58,975 nucleotides of DNA from an uncultured Bacillota bacterium (GTDB lineage Bacteria; Bacillota_I; Bacilli_A; RF39; UBA660): positions 1 to 58,975 of the forward strand of contig CAMJOB010000004.1 of the NCBI GenBank assembly GCA_946407495.1, read 5' to 3'. The position numbers and the translations under genes are program-made. The notes under the pieces were generated by a model. It made no database searches. It had not been told where the DNA came from and was given only the letters and a program-made list of their open reading frames with translations. This document shows positions 20,969 to 31,492 of the stretch, piece after piece (the stretch's first letter is position 1; each line of letters starts with the position of its first letter).

Positions 20969-21583
20969 TTAAATTGTTAATTCAAAATTAAAAACTTCAG
21001 TTTTTTCATCTTCTTTACTTGATTCGTCGAGTAGATCAACTAATGCTTCGTCAACCTCCTCTTCATCTTCATCATCTATTTCTACAACTTCACTCTTTAC
21101 CTCTGGTACAGCAGAAGGACGAGGTTTATTACCAACTAAGATAAATAAACCTGACTTAGAAGGATGAGGTTCAAATGTAAATTGATCACCGTATTGAGAC
21201 AATTCTTCATTTGCTTTACCTCTACAACTAACAGTTAAACTTTTAGAAAGTTTATTTCCTGCTTTTGTACCAAATGTAGTGTTAGATCCAATTATAGGAA
21301 CAAATACATTACCTTGTTTCTCGTACTTAATTTCTATACGATCATCAGGTGACACACCAAGTAATTCGGCAGCTCCTGTTGTAATGGTATATTTATTTGT
21401 TTCTAGAATTAACCTTGCTGTAGTATCCTCAGAAACTGCTGACTCTTTCTTCTTAGTAGCAGATTTCTTTTTAGAGATTGTTAGATCTCTACATTCTCCT
21501 GTTTCAGGATCGACAGCCATAAAACTGTCGGTCTCAGGATCGAAATAAACTTCCATTTTTATAAGATTAATCTTCATTGTCAT
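20969..21583 (-). CDS. Hypothetical protein with acidic C-terminus
   Basis: ORF track. Confidence 0.7.
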   Translation of the reverse strand: MTMKINLIKMEVYFDPETDSFMAVDPETGECRDLTISKKKSATKKKESAVSEDTTARLILETNKYTITTGAAELLGVSPDDRIEIKYEKQGNVFVPIIGSNTTFGTKAGNKLSKSLTVSCRGKANEELSQYGDQFTFEPHPSKSGLFILVGNKPRPSAVPEVKSEVVEIDDEDEEEVDEALVDLLDESSKEDEKTEVFNFELTI

Positions 21584-21788
21584 ACTCCTCTATTCTTGAA
21601 ATTACTTTCTGTAAATCATTATCAATAAGTAGATCTTCAAACATTCCCATTGGGGACTTAGCTGTACAAGTTCCATCTGAGTTAGTCTTAAACATATATT
21701 TAGGATTACCGTCGTCATCACGTGTTACTTCAGTAAAGAAAACATATGTAAACAGACCTTCAAGAGTAATAACGTTATCAATCATTTT
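21567..21788 (-). CDS. Sak4-like AAA ATPase, exon 2
   Basis: KMIDNVITLEGLFTYVFF...CTAKSP continues exon 1 in frame. Confidence 0.88.
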   Translation of the reverse strand, partial: KMIDNVITLEGLFTYVFFTEVTRDDDGNPKYMFKTNSDGTCTAKSPMGMFEDLLIDNDLQKVISRIEEYDNED

Positions 21789-21864
21789 CGTTAAAATTAC
21801 ATAAATTTTTTATTTGATATAATTACTATCAAATTTATGCCTACCGTATTTCTACGGGAACTGA

Positions 21865-22731
21865 CTATGTATTCATAAATTCTTTATATTTAATAAATTT
21901 AAACCCTTTTACATCATTTATTTTATGATTACAACAATTTGATATACTACAAGTACTAATTCCTGTTTTAGTACTTGCCAAAACAGCAGTTTTAAAAATT
22001 TCAATTAAATTATTATTTAAATCTAATTGAACTATACTATTATCAGTATATGTATTTATTTCAAAGTTATCATTTTCAAATCTCCAAATAAATCCACCTG
22101 CTGTTTTATGATTTGGTTTATGATTACAACAATGACTAATATTAGCTCTATCTATATTTAATTCATTAGCTGCATCTACTGCACAATCCCAAATTTTTAT
22201 AAAATTACCTTTTTTATCAAATTGTTTAATCTTTTTTCCTTGTAAACTTCGTATTGAATTTTTTAATTTCTGTTTTGTTTCTTCAGAACGTTTTATTCCT
22301 TGAAGTCCTTTAGAAATTTTTTCTTTTGTTATTTCATCACGATGTTTACCTCTTAATTTAGAAGCTCTTTTTTCAATAGATTCTTTAGAAAATTTTTGGT
22401 TTTGATTTCCATCACCACCATCTGTAAGATTAGTTAAATTAAATCCCCAAATTCTTAATTGAGAAATCCAATATTGTTCTAACCATTTCCAATCTTCATT
22501 TTCTGAAAATTCCATTGAATCTAATTCAAGAATAATTATTTTAAAACCATCTTCTAATTCTTTATTTATCCAATTATAATTATGGTTTTTAAAATCTTTA
22601 TTCATTTTATGACGTTTAGCATCTAATAAATGTTGCGAAAGTCTTCTAGTTAATTTTTGTTTAGATTTACCTACATACCTGATATTATCAGGATTTCTTG
22701 TAGAACTTAAAGTATAAATTTTTATATTCAT
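21865..22731 (-). CDS. GIY-YIG homing endonuclease with NUMOD3/NUMOD1 repeats
   Basis: KIY..RYVGKS..R..QH, E..WI, NLTDGGDG, SEETKQK repeats, TAGGFIW. Confidence 0.92.
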   Translation of the reverse strand: MNIKIYTLSSTRNPDNIRYVGKSKQKLTRRLSQHLLDAKRHKMNKDFKNHNYNWINKELEDGFKIIILELDSMEFSENEDWKWLEQYWISQLRIWGFNLTNLTDGGDGNQNQKFSKESIEKRASKLRGKHRDEITKEKISKGLQGIKRSEETKQKLKNSIRSLQGKKIKQFDKKGNFIKIWDCAVDAANELNIDRANISHCCNHKPNHKTAGGFIWRFENDNFEINTYTDNSIVQLDLNNNLIEIFKTAVLASTKTGISTCSISNCCNHKINDVKGFKFIKYKEFMNT

Positions 22732-22753
22732 AATTATTATAATTTTATTACAA

Positions 22754-22784
22754 CAAATATAATATAAAAAATTTACACCTCAAA
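22754..22784 (-). promoter_or_regulatory. Intron-internal promoter for the homing endonuclease
   Basis: TTTG-N19-TATATTTG about 22 nt upstream of the ATG at 22731. Confidence 0.7.
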
Positions 22785-22989
22785 TTAAAATATATAAAAT
22801 TTACATCCCCATTTCAAAATTGATTAATTACTTCAATTTCTACGTAGCCGATCCGCTACTAGTCGATACACGCGCCCAAAATAGTCTAGAATTCTATTTT
22901 TGCTTGGCTCGGCATTGTCATACAATTAATCTCACGATTTGTGCTTCAGATTTCGCCGAATTAGGGGTTATACTGGCAAAATATTATTT

Positions 22990-23466
22990 ACCTTGAGTCT
23001 TAATCTTATAATAAGGATTAAGTTTATCACCTGTATTCTCACTATGAGTAAGAATAACAACATACAAATCATCACGAAGATTCATAGAATCCTTAATAAC
23101 TTGATAAGCATGTTGAGCCATTTGAGTAAACTTATCATATCCTTTATCACCAGCTCTATCCATAGCTTCAAAGCCCATTACATACTGATAATCATCAATA
23201 ATAACAGTCTTTATGTGTGGAAGTTTAGAGTCGATTAATTTAAGCATCTTTCCAATATAATCAACATTAGATGCTGTGAAGAAATTACCTGAAATCTCCT
23301 TTGTTGTAGGATCGATTTTAAATGTAGGATATTTCTTCTTTGCTCCTTTTGTTCCAGGACGTTTTCCAGTAGTTGATATTATAAAAGTTTCTTCTGGATT
23401 AAGATTTCTAATACTAGTGGTCTTACCAGAGCCACTTTCTCCTACAACTGCAATTAATTCTGCCAT
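22990..23466 (-). CDS. Sak4-like AAA ATPase, exon 1
   Basis: Walker A GESGSGKTT, Walker B VIIDD, GYDKF. Confidence 0.88.
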
Positions 23467-23468
23467 AT

Positions 23469-24569
23469 TTATAAGTTAAATTTAAATGATTTATTATTTG
23501 TATTCTCATCTAAAACACTATTATTATCTGGCATTTCTTGCTTTTTCCAAAGCCAATCTGGAGTTTTATATTTTTCTACGTCAAATATTTCTTCTGGTTT
23601 AGGTAATTCTACCCAGATATTAGATTTGCCATAGAAAGCACAACTGTCTTCTACATTAGATTCACCATATCTATTTTTAATACATACAATACTTCTAAAT
23701 GTATCGCCAAATTGTACTATATCGTATTTATTATGAGTTTTCAATTTATCAACATTAGGATTATAAATTGCTAATGTAATATCAGAATCCTCATACGGAA
23801 CATTAGTTTCCTTAACATCAGACATTTGAGGCAAATACATACCTAATTGTCTTCTTGCAGATGAAGATTGATCTCTATTAGATTGCATAATAGCAAGCGG
23901 ACTAATTCCACAAGTATTACGAAGATAAACAAAGTAATTTGATAATAAATCAATTTCTTGCTTTTTAGTTCTTCCTGCTTTAGTACGAAGTAATCCCATA
24001 TGATCAACAACAACCAAATAAGTTAAATTTGGATTGTTCGGATAATATATTTTACGAGTTCCTTGCTCTTCAAATTTACCCTTTTCTTCTAAATCTTCTT
24101 TAAGTTTAGCATAAATTGTATCAGCATTAGCTCCTTTATCGAATATTTTAAGTTTAGATTCTACCTTTTTCAACCAAGGCATACACTCTAAAACTATTTT
24201 ATAATATTCGTCTGGAAGTCTATAATTTCTCTTTTTAGAAAGTAATTCTTTAAAAGAAATTTCAATGTGATACTTTTCAAATATGTAAATACAAAGAAGT
24301 TTAGCAAGAATGATTTCTGCTTTCATCTCTAATGAAAATAAATAAACAAAGAAATCATCATCGTCAATATGTTCCATTAATGGTCTATAAATATAAGCAT
24401 ACATCATGAGATTTGATTTACCACAACCTGAACCTGCAAATAATAGTGTATATGTTTGTTTACATACACCATCTACAATATTTTCAAGTTTTGGTAATCC
24501 CATAGTATATCCCCAATTCGAACCATCTCTACCGTTTGTGATTTGTGTTAATAAGGAATTACTAATCAT
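23469..24569 (-). CDS. DnaB-like replicative helicase
   Basis: AGSGCGKS, FSLEM, VVDH, QSNR, KNRYG. Confidence 0.88.
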   Translation of the reverse strand: MISNSLLTQITNGRDGSNWGYTMGLPKLENIVDGVCKQTYTLLFAGSGCGKSNLMMYAYIYRPLMEHIDDDDFFVYLFSLEMKAEIILAKLLCIYIFEKYHIEISFKELLSKKRNYRLPDEYYKIVLECMPWLKKVESKLKIFDKGANADTIYAKLKEDLEEKGKFEEQGTRKIYYPNNPNLTYLVVVDHMGLLRTKAGRTKKQEIDLLSNYFVYLRNTCGISPLAIMQSNRDQSSSARRQLGMYLPQMSDVKETNVPYEDSDITLAIYNPNVDKLKTHNKYDIVQFGDTFRSIVCIKNRYGESNVEDSCAFYGKSNIWVELPKPEEIFDVEKYKTPDWLWKKQEMPDNNSVLDENTNNKSFKFNL

Positions 24570-25186
24570 AACATTCTGACATTATTTACATTAATTGTAT
24601 TTCCTCCGTCACGGAGTGCCTGTAAATCTAGCCAGCTGTGATCACAAATAAAGTTCGCTAACGATTTATTTATGTCTATATTATTTTCTGTTGCCCAATC
24701 TAACAAACCGATTATTTCTCGGTGTGTTTCAGGATTCCACTTGATTATTTTACCATACTTACGCCAAGCATCTTCAAGGTCTATAAATTTCTTTGATACA
24801 TTTCTTATTCCTACAAGATTACCATTAATGTTAGCAAATTGTGGATAATGTTCAAATAATTCTTCACCCATATCTCCTGACGCTCGGTAAAAGTTCTTTA
24901 AGAAATTCTTATTAAACTCTATTTCGTAAATATCAAGTGATTCTCCTTTATTGGGAATGTTATAACTTTTTAAAATAATTCCTTTATTTTGTAATGAAAT
25001 TAATATGTTTCTAAAATCTCCTCTTACGTCTTCTGGAATACTTAAATATTTGACAAGATATTCTTTTTCTTCATCGCTTTCTTGTGCTAGAAGTAAAAGT
25101 CTTGTTACAAACATTTCGGTTGGTGTTATCTCATATTTCTCAATAAGAGCTAATTCTTCGTCAATATTAAAATTTAATTTTTGCAC
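24566..25186 (-). CDS. Hypothetical replication protein
   Basis: Coupled to the helicase; wHTH-like N-terminus. Confidence 0.6.
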   Translation of the reverse strand: MQKLNFNIDEELALIEKYEITPTEMFVTRLLLLAQESDEEKEYLVKYLSIPEDVRGDFRNILISLQNKGIILKSYNIPNKGESLDIYEIEFNKNFLKNFYRASGDMGEELFEHYPQFANINGNLVGIRNVSKKFIDLEDAWRKYGKIIKWNPETHREIIGLLDWATENNIDINKSLANFICDHSWLDLQALRDGGNTINVNNVRML

Positions 25187-25234
25187 TATGTAGTTAAAAT
25201 TAGTTTATAAGAACTAATCTATGCTACAAATCGT

Positions 25235-25432
25235 TTAAACTTCTTTCGAAGGGTTATCCTTTGCAAATTCTTTATAAAAGTCATTAGAAAGTTCAGTACT
25301 TCTTCTTATTACTTTAATCATGTCTATATTATGTTCTTTTACAAAACAATTTGCTTCATAATCAGACATTTTTACAAGAGTATTACTCAATTGATTAAGC
25401 AATACCAATTCAAGCATTCTTTCTACTGTCAT
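25235..25432 (-). CDS. Hypothetical protein
   Basis: ORF track. Confidence 0.55.
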   Translation of the reverse strand: MTVERMLELVLLNQLSNTLVKMSDYEANCFVKEHNIDMIKVIRRSTELSNDFYKEFAKDNPSKEV

Positions 25433-25433
25433 T

Positions 25434-26714
25434 TTAAAATCTAAAAGTTAATTTTTGTATTTTCTTTTTATACGGTTTAGGTTCTTCATAATTAAGAACT
25501 GCTTCTAACCCTGTCTCATCAATAGTTATGTATTGAGATTTAGAATGTGCTTTTCTAAACCATTCTGTTTCAGCTGTATCATTTATAACTAAGTTAAAGA
25601 TTTCAGCTTGCTTATTTTCTTGTGCTCTACAAACTCTTCCTACTCTTTGAACTGCTTTAATTTTAGAAGAATCAATTCCTAACATTATTGCTATCGACAA
25701 ATCTGGAATATTTAAACCTTCATTTGCTTTTGCAATAGTGTTAATAACTTGTATATCCCCACTTTCTAATTCTTCTAAAGTAGCTCTTCCTTTCTTTTTA
25801 GAGTCCTTTCCACTGTAAACTTTACCTATTCCAATGGCTTCTGCCATTTTAATATTATTAGAAAAGGTAATTATTTTAGCATAAGGACGAGATTGAATAA
25901 TTTTTCTTGCAACTTCAATCTTTTTAGGATGATTATTAATAAACGCTTTTCTACCTTGTAATGCTCTCATAAAAGCAGTAGAATGGTAGATAATCGATTT
26001 AAGAGTAGCTGATTTCTCTTCTTGTGTTCCATTTGGACATAATCTATCTCTATAGGCAATTCTTGTTAAATATCCTTTCGGACCTACCATAGACATAACT
26101 AATCCAAAGTCATAATTAAAGAAACCAAAATGTTCATTGAACTCTTTATTTAAGTTCTTATAAGTTTGTATATCATCTACGTCAATCAATACTTGATATT
26201 CTTTATACTTAGAAATCCAACCATTAAACTCACATTCTTCCAATGGAATTTCATCACATACAGGACAATATTGTTTAATGATTGCTTCTTTACCATCTAA
26301 TCTTTCTATAGTTGCAGTAAGACCTAATATTAATTTATATTTGACCTTACTGAAAACTTGTTGAAATAAATCGGACGCGAATCTATGGATTTCATCCAAT
26401 ATTAATAGATCGCATGTATATGTTGTTTCGTGTAATACAACAGTATTGACTACTTCTACAGAACAATTTAATCCATATCCCAGATTGTCAAGAATACCTT
26501 CCCATTGTTCTTTTAAAGTGGTAGTAGGAACTACAATTAAAAATCTAAACTGAGGTTTAATTTTTAATACCTTTCCTATAAGATTTGTGCCAACTCTCGT
26601 CTTTCCAAATCCAGTAGCACCTACAACTGTAGCTTTACCTTTAAATTTTTTCCAATTTTCAATACATTGAGCTTGACGCTCGTCTCTACTGATAGGACCA
26701 AATAAATTATTCAC
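25434..26714 (-). CDS. SF2 DExH helicase
   Basis: ATGFGKT, DEIH, LTAT, NEGLNIP, QRVGR. Confidence 0.92.
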   Translation of the reverse strand: MNNLFGPISRDERQAQCIENWKKFKGKATVVGATGFGKTRVGTNLIGKVLKIKPQFRFLIVVPTTTLKEQWEGILDNLGYGLNCSVEVVNTVVLHETTYTCDLLILDEIHRFASDLFQQVFSKVKYKLILGLTATIERLDGKEAIIKQYCPVCDEIPLEECEFNGWISKYKEYQVLIDVDDIQTYKNLNKEFNEHFGFFNYDFGLVMSMVGPKGYLTRIAYRDRLCPNGTQEEKSATLKSIIYHSTAFMRALQGRKAFINNHPKKIEVARKIIQSRPYAKIITFSNNIKMAEAIGIGKVYSGKDSKKKGRATLEELESGDIQVINTIAKANEGLNIPDLSIAIMLGIDSSKIKAVQRVGRVCRAQENKQAEIFNLVINDTAETEWFRKAHSKSQYITIDETGLEAVLNYEEPKPYKKKIQKLTFRF

Positions 26715-27612
26715 CGTCTACATTCAGTGTATACCCTTTTAGATTACATACTTCATTAATCTGTTTAATTCGAGTTTCCCATTGTTTAATATGAGCATCA
26801 ACCTCATCCTCAAGATAGAAAAGAAGTTTATTCTGTAAAAGGGTAAGCTGGTCAGTAGTAAGTTGAGAATAATTCTTGTTCTTTAACTGAATAGCCGCTC
26901 TAAACTCAGTATAATTAAGTTTAGCATTTTCATCATCAACTATAAGTCGGATATAGTTACGTATTCCAAGCCTTTCCTTAATAACTTCAAGTCTATTACG
27001 AACTTTACCATCTTCTGTCTTTTCAGTAAGATCTCTCATCTCTTGCTGTGTAAACCAAAGAGGAAGTTTAGTAATGAAATTAAGTGTAATATGTTTCTTA
27101 TTAAACACTCCTAAAGAATCAAGACAAGCATCGATTACTGTATTAATAGGTATATTAGCAAATTCATTAGGAATATTCTCAAGAATACCGATTGGAAGTT
27201 CTTTGAGATTCTCTACATTATAACTTGCTTTAAGTTCTAGTTCATGTTCATGAAGGAACTTACGAATTTCCTCTTGATAACGAAATCTTGGGAATTTAGA
27301 TCTATCGTTAGAAGGATGATATGTGTTTTCAAGGTAACGCATAAACAACTCAGCATTACATTTCATTCTTTGGTCTTTAATAATCTTAAGAAGAACATAA
27401 CGTCCAGGATTTTCCTTATCTCTACTATAGAGCATTGAAGCACAATGATTGAACGCTTTTTGAAGCTGTTCTTGTGTCATGTCCATAAGTCTAATTTCAT
27501 CCTGTACTTTACATCCATTAACGTCTTTCTTTGGACCCTTCCATACGTACATATTTACATTGTTGTTCTTAGCATCGAGTGCTTGTGTAAGTGCATCTCC
27601 GAGTATATTCAT
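26707..27612 (-). CDS. Hypothetical phage protein
   Basis: 301-aa ORF. Confidence 0.75.
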   Translation of the reverse strand: MNILGDALTQALDAKNNNVNMYVWKGPKKDVNGCKVQDEIRLMDMTQEQLQKAFNHCASMLYSRDKENPGRYVLLKIIKDQRMKCNAELFMRYLENTYHPSNDRSKFPRFRYQEEIRKFLHEHELELKASYNVENLKELPIGILENIPNEFANIPINTVIDACLDSLGVFNKKHITLNFITKLPLWFTQQEMRDLTEKTEDGKVRNRLEVIKERLGIRNYIRLIVDDENAKLNYTEFRAAIQLKNKNYSQLTTDQLTLLQNKLLFYLEDEVDAHIKQWETRIKQINEVCNLKGYTLNVDGE

Positions 27613-27645
27613 TTTATTTTAATATAATAAATTAATTAAAATGAT

Positions 27646-27999
27646 CTAAAGGATTATTTCGTTTTTATCAACTTCTTCCTTTAAAGGAATGAACTTAATA
27701 AAATGAAAATGATCATAATTGTGATGGATAAATTTATTTCCATCCCACCATTCTGTTACTCCAGATAATATTTCTTCGCATTGTAGAAAACCTTCTTCAC
27801 CGATATGAATGATTTTTTGATTCCAATTTGGATATTGAATACAAATTAAATACTTAGTATCTAATCTTTTTATTTCATCTCTATCCAAAAGTAAAAATAC
27901 ATAATTAGTATAATCATTAATATCGTTTACAAAGTCTACTAATTTTGCGCGAGTTATTATCTTAAGACTCTTTGTATTCTGAACATCCATACTTTGCAA
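27646..27999 (-). CDS. Hypothetical protein
   Basis: ORF track. Confidence 0.6.
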   Translation of the reverse strand: MQSMDVQNTKSLKIITRAKLVDFVNDINDYTNYVFLLLDRDEIKRLDTKYLICIQYPNWNQKIIHIGEEGFLQCEEILSGVTEWWDGNKFIHHNYDHFHFIKFIPLKEEVDKNEIIL

Positions 28000-28123
28000 A
28001 ATCGAAATGTAAATTATCCATTCTTAAAAAACATGGATATTTTGAACAATTACTACAAGATCTATTTGGATATTTATATCTAAATCCAGAACTATCTTTT
28101 AAAAGTTTATTTAAGTCGCTCAT
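27962..28123 (-). CDS. Small Cys-containing protein
   Basis: CSNCSKYPC..GC; probable start 28123. Confidence 0.55.
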   Translation of the reverse strand: MSDLNKLLKDSSGFRYKYPNRSCSNCSKYPCFLRMDNLHFDFAKYGCSEYKES

Positions 28124-28509
28124 TTTAATAGCAATAATCCTGATATACCACCTAAGATTCCAATAATCCAATTCTTTATTTTATGTTTAGTTTTTGAAAG
28201 TTTTAAATTTTTATTTAAATCGGATATTGTCTTTTCTTTATTTTGCAATTCTTGTCTATACAATTTTGATTTAACTGTATTAACAGAATCTAGTTGTTGG
28301 TAATTATCAATAACTCTCTCGTAAGATGCTATTTGTTCTAAATAAACTGCTTTTTCTTTCTTTAAAGCATCATGTTCGTTGAATATTAAATTAATTTGCT
28401 TTAATTGTGTCGCTGTTATTGTAACCGTAGAATCTTTCGAGATAGTTTGTGAAATACTCGAAATCGGAATCAATAGATTGATTAATAATAGTAATACTAT
28501 CTTTTTCAT
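28120..28509 (-). CDS. Signal peptide + coiled coil + C-terminal TM protein (possible spanin-like)
   Basis: Hydrophobic termini; overlaps the upstream TM/coiled-coil gene. Confidence 0.55.
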   Translation of the reverse strand: MKKIVLLLLINLLIPISSISQTISKDSTVTITATQLKQINLIFNEHDALKKEKAVYLEQIASYERVIDNYQQLDSVNTVKSKLYRQELQNKEKTISDLNKNLKLSKTKHKIKNWIIGILGGISGLLLLK

Positions 28510-28768
28510 AATTTAATCGTATTGAGGATAGTTTTTCGGAGTTTTCTTTAATTCGAATAATAATACTATCATTATTTTTACGAATTGTATCAGCAACAGA
28601 ATCAAGTCTCTGAATTTGAGGATATAATGTTTCATTTTTATGAATATAGTAATTGCTGAATAAGAATCCAGCAATTACTATTATTATAAATATGAATATA
28701 AGTTTATACCTCAGCAATAAGTTCAGCGTCTTTCTTAGCACGCTTTGCATCAAACTTCTTCTTTGCAT
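28391..28768 (-). CDS. TM + coiled-coil protein (possible spanin-like; start uncertain)
   Basis: LIFIFIIIVIAGFLF TM followed by a coiled coil. Confidence 0.5.
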   Translation of the reverse strand: MQRRSLMQSVLRKTLNLLLRYKLIFIFIIIVIAGFLFSNYYIHKNETLYPQIQRLDSVADTIRKNNDSIIIRIKENSEKLSSIRLNYEKDSITIINQSIDSDFEYFTNYLERFYGYNNSDTIKAN

Positions 28769-29141
28769 CAGAATATCCCTTTATGTAAGCATTGATATTC
28801 TCTACAATATGATTATACTCATTCTCGAGAACATCGTTTATGATCTTTGATGTAAAATTGAAGTTTGAAGCAATTACTGGAACAAACTCATTGTTACTGA
28901 ACTTCTTTAGGAGGTTCTTTACTGCACGTTGAACTCCAAGGATTTCAACAAACTCATCCTTTGGATGCTGAATTGATACTCCAAGACCGATAAGATTCTT
29001 AGTGCCCTGTGTTTTCTTAACGAGTGATAGCATATCGTATACAACAATTGTAATCTTATGGGTATCACCCTTAAAATCAACGAAATTCTTTACTACATGA
29101 GCAATAACATTCTGGTCCTTCTTAATTTTACTTACGTCCAT
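28704..29141 (-). CDS. Hypothetical protein
   Basis: ORF track; GVSIQHPKDEF. Confidence 0.7.
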   Translation of the reverse strand: MDVSKIKKDQNVIAHVVKNFVDFKGDTHKITIVVYDMLSLVKKTQGTKNLIGLGVSIQHPKDEFVEILGVQRAVKNLLKKFSNNEFVPVIASNFNFTSKIINDVLENEYNHIVENINAYIKGYSDAKKKFDAKRAKKDAELIAEV

Positions 29142-29154
29142 TTTTTCTTATTTT

Positions 29155-29784
29155 TTAATTGGTTAATATTTTCCACTTATTAGTTTTATCACAATTTAAT
29201 TCTAAATTGATTGTTAAACATTTAAAATCTTTAAAAATGCTTAACAAAGGATACCTGTTTGAGCCTAAAATGATTAGATTATTACGTACATAGTCTGGTA
29301 ATTCATCAGCTACACGAATAACATCTCTATAGTTTAATTTAAAATCGTATGAGGATATTGCATATAAATAGTAATTTCCAGATTCTTCTTGTGCTAATTT
29401 AGCAAAGTTATTGAAATCTTTTACTCTTTTATGAAATTCCTCTTTTCGATTTGGTAATGTAAAATCTATATGTCCAGAACACCAACTCCAACCATTATTA
29501 GTATCACAATAATATCTTATTTTAGAATCATCATGTGTTTGTAAGAAACTTTCTTCACTTGCATAATATTGCTTATAAGGACTATCTTTTATATAAAGAA
29601 TATCATCATTTGAAATAGCATTGAATAAGTTTCCATTAAACAAATCTAATAATGATTTGAAATTTTTTGCTGTCATTGAATCAGTTGGACTCTTATATCT
29701 TTTTTGAAATATATCAGCAAAAATAAAAGATTCACATAATCCTCCAATACAACATAAATTGGATATATGTATATATTCAGACAT
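29155..29784 (-). CDS. Hypothetical protein, weak DUF1796-like similarity
   Basis: N-terminal Cys and SPTD motif; weak. Confidence 0.45.
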   Translation of the reverse strand: MSEYIHISNLCCIGGLCESFIFADIFQKRYKSPTDSMTAKNFKSLLDLFNGNLFNAISNDDILYIKDSPYKQYYASEESFLQTHDDSKIRYYCDTNNGWSWCSGHIDFTLPNRKEEFHKRVKDFNNFAKLAQEESGNYYLYAISSYDFKLNYRDVIRVADELPDYVRNNLIILGSNRYPLLSIFKDFKCLTINLELNCDKTNKWKILTN

Positions 29785-30092
29785 TACTTTTTAGATTTTT
29801 TATTCGTTAATTCTGTCAACCTAAAACCATTATTTTCTATATACTGTTTAGGTGCTCCAATCATTTCTATTTCTCTAATTTCAGTTTCCCATTTAGAAAG
29901 TTTTTTAACTAAATAAGTTTTTTTAAATTTAAGTGGAACTTGACTTGAGATATGTCTACAAGATTCAAGTTCTACTCTGCTTTCTTTTTTATAAATATGA
30001 GTGATTGTTAATTCATATATAAAAGTGTCAGATTTATATAGAATATCACCATTACCATTTTGGTAACATATTTGGGGCGTACTCTTTGCCAT
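29784..30092 (-). CDS. Hypothetical protein
   Basis: ORF track. Confidence 0.6.
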   Translation of the reverse strand: MAKSTPQICYQNGNGDILYKSDTFIYELTITHIYKKESRVELESCRHISSQVPLKFKKTYLVKKLSKWETEIREIEMIGAPKQYIENNGFRLTELTNKKSKK

Positions 30093-30510
30093 TCCAATGA
30101 TACTTTATAACAAGATTCTTCATTTTCTTAGCATTTTTGTCATAGACATTGAATAAAGAAAGAATCTGTGGAATATCAGATTGACCACAAACATGAGAGA
30201 AAGTTGTTATTGTATTATGAACAACTTCACCTTTCTTATTTCTCTTATTCCTTCCGAACTTAGGATGTGGAGCAATCGTAACTATAATCTTATCTCTTAC
30301 AGGAATAGAATAAGAAGACTTCTTAATTCCATTTGCAAGATCATAATTACGGTTTCTTAGTCTCCTAAGAAGCTTCTTCTCCTTATCTGTTTTAGTCCAA
30401 ACAGACTCGTCACGAGGAACTGCTACAGGAACACGAATACCAAGAGATACCATTTCAAAATCGTTGGATACGTCAACGGGATTTTGAGAATTTTCTGAAT
30501 TTTTCTTCAT
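30052..30510 (-). CDS. Basic hypothetical protein
   Basis: Probable start MKKNSE. Confidence 0.6.
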   Translation of the reverse strand: MKKNSENSQNPVDVSNDFEMVSLGIRVPVAVPRDESVWTKTDKEKKLLRRLRNRNYDLANGIKKSSYSIPVRDKIIVTIAPHPKFGRNKRNKKGEVVHNTITTFSHVCGQSDIPQILSLFNVYDKNAKKMKNLVIKYHWNGKEYAPNMLPKW

Positions 30511-30547
30511 TTTATAATTGATTTGATTTATATTATGGATTCCAAAC

Positions 30548-30820
30548 TTATTCGGAATCTCCATGTTTCCACTGTTCGTAATTTTTAATAGCAAATTCTA
30601 TTATAAAAAGGACTTCATCTCTTTCTGATTTAGAGAGTTTAGATACTTTTCCCAAAATTGCTATTCCTTCAAGCATATAGATGTCTGCATTATAAATACC
30701 TTTTACTGCAAGGTTCTTAGCTGGATTAGATAGTTTACAAAATCCTGCTATTATTTGTTCAAGACGTTTTAGAAACTTAATGTCTTTACAATATTCTATT
30801 ATTTGTTCTTCTGTTACCAT
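30548..30820 (-). CDS. Hypothetical protein
   Basis: ORF track. Confidence 0.6.
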   Translation of the reverse strand: MVTEEQIIEYCKDIKFLKRLEQIIAGFCKLSNPAKNLAVKGIYNADIYMLEGIAILGKVSKLSKSERDEVLFIIEFAIKNYEQWKHGDSE

Positions 30821-30823
30821 ATA

Positions 30824-31141
30824 TTAATTTATGTTTTTATTTAAGAATTTAATAATTCTCATGAATAATTTACTTTTTAACCCTGTCCATTTAATAAATC
30901 CTCCTACCATAATAGCTTCAAAATATCCTTTCATAATAAGTATACAAGGTACTATTATATTAACAATAGGAATAAAAAATGATATTATGACTAATAAGAT
31001 TTCCCATAATTTAAATTTAACATATGGTCTTTCTATAACGTGCGAACGACTATCCCATTCCAGAATAATTATTTTAGTATTAAAATAAATAATAATAAAA
31101 ATAAAGTAAAGAAATGTTCCTATTAAATATATGTCAATCAT
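30824..31141 (-). CDS. Membrane protein, paralog of 31138-31443
   Basis: FIPIVNIIVP and FLNK C-terminus. Confidence 0.65.
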   Translation of the reverse strand: MIDIYLIGTFLYFIFIIIYFNTKIIILEWDSRSHVIERPYVKFKLWEILLVIISFFIPIVNIIVPCILIMKGYFEAIMVGGFIKWTGLKSKLFMRIIKFLNKNIN

Positions 31142-31443
31142 AAATCTTTATTTAAGAAATCAACAAAGAATTTAAGTTTTCCTTCTTTTAATACTATATC
31201 ATAATCAAAACTTAAGTAAATAAATTGAGTTATAGAAATAGCTAATGGAAAAATTATATTAGCAATAGGTATAATGAATATTATTCCAGCTAATACTACA
31301 AACCAAACTTTTCTAGGAAAAAGTGTTCTATATCTATCCTTTTCATCAGTAGAATAGTAATACTTTGTAACAAACTCTGTATTTTTATCAAGGAAAAATA
31401 TAATTATATATAGTATTAATGCAATTATGTAAATCATATGCAA
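31138..31443 (-). CDS. Membrane protein, paralog of 30824-31141
   Basis: IIPIANIIFP and FLNK C-terminus. Confidence 0.65.
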   Translation of the reverse strand: MHMIYIIALILYIIIFFLDKNTEFVTKYYYSTDEKDRYRTLFPRKVWFVVLAGIIFIIPIANIIFPLAISITQFIYLSFDYDIVLKEGKLKFFVDFLNKDL

Positions 31444-31492
31444 AAATTTTTTAAATGATTCGGGAAAATTAATTCCCGAATCATATATTATT

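Larger units (their letters stand above)
21789..22989 (-). mobile_element. Group I intron with GIY-YIG homing endonuclease
   Basis: 5' site CAAGGU| with P1 GGU/GCC; terminal G at 21789; P10 AUUUU/AAAAU; R GUAUCGACUA; S ACAUAGUCA. Confidence 0.92.
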
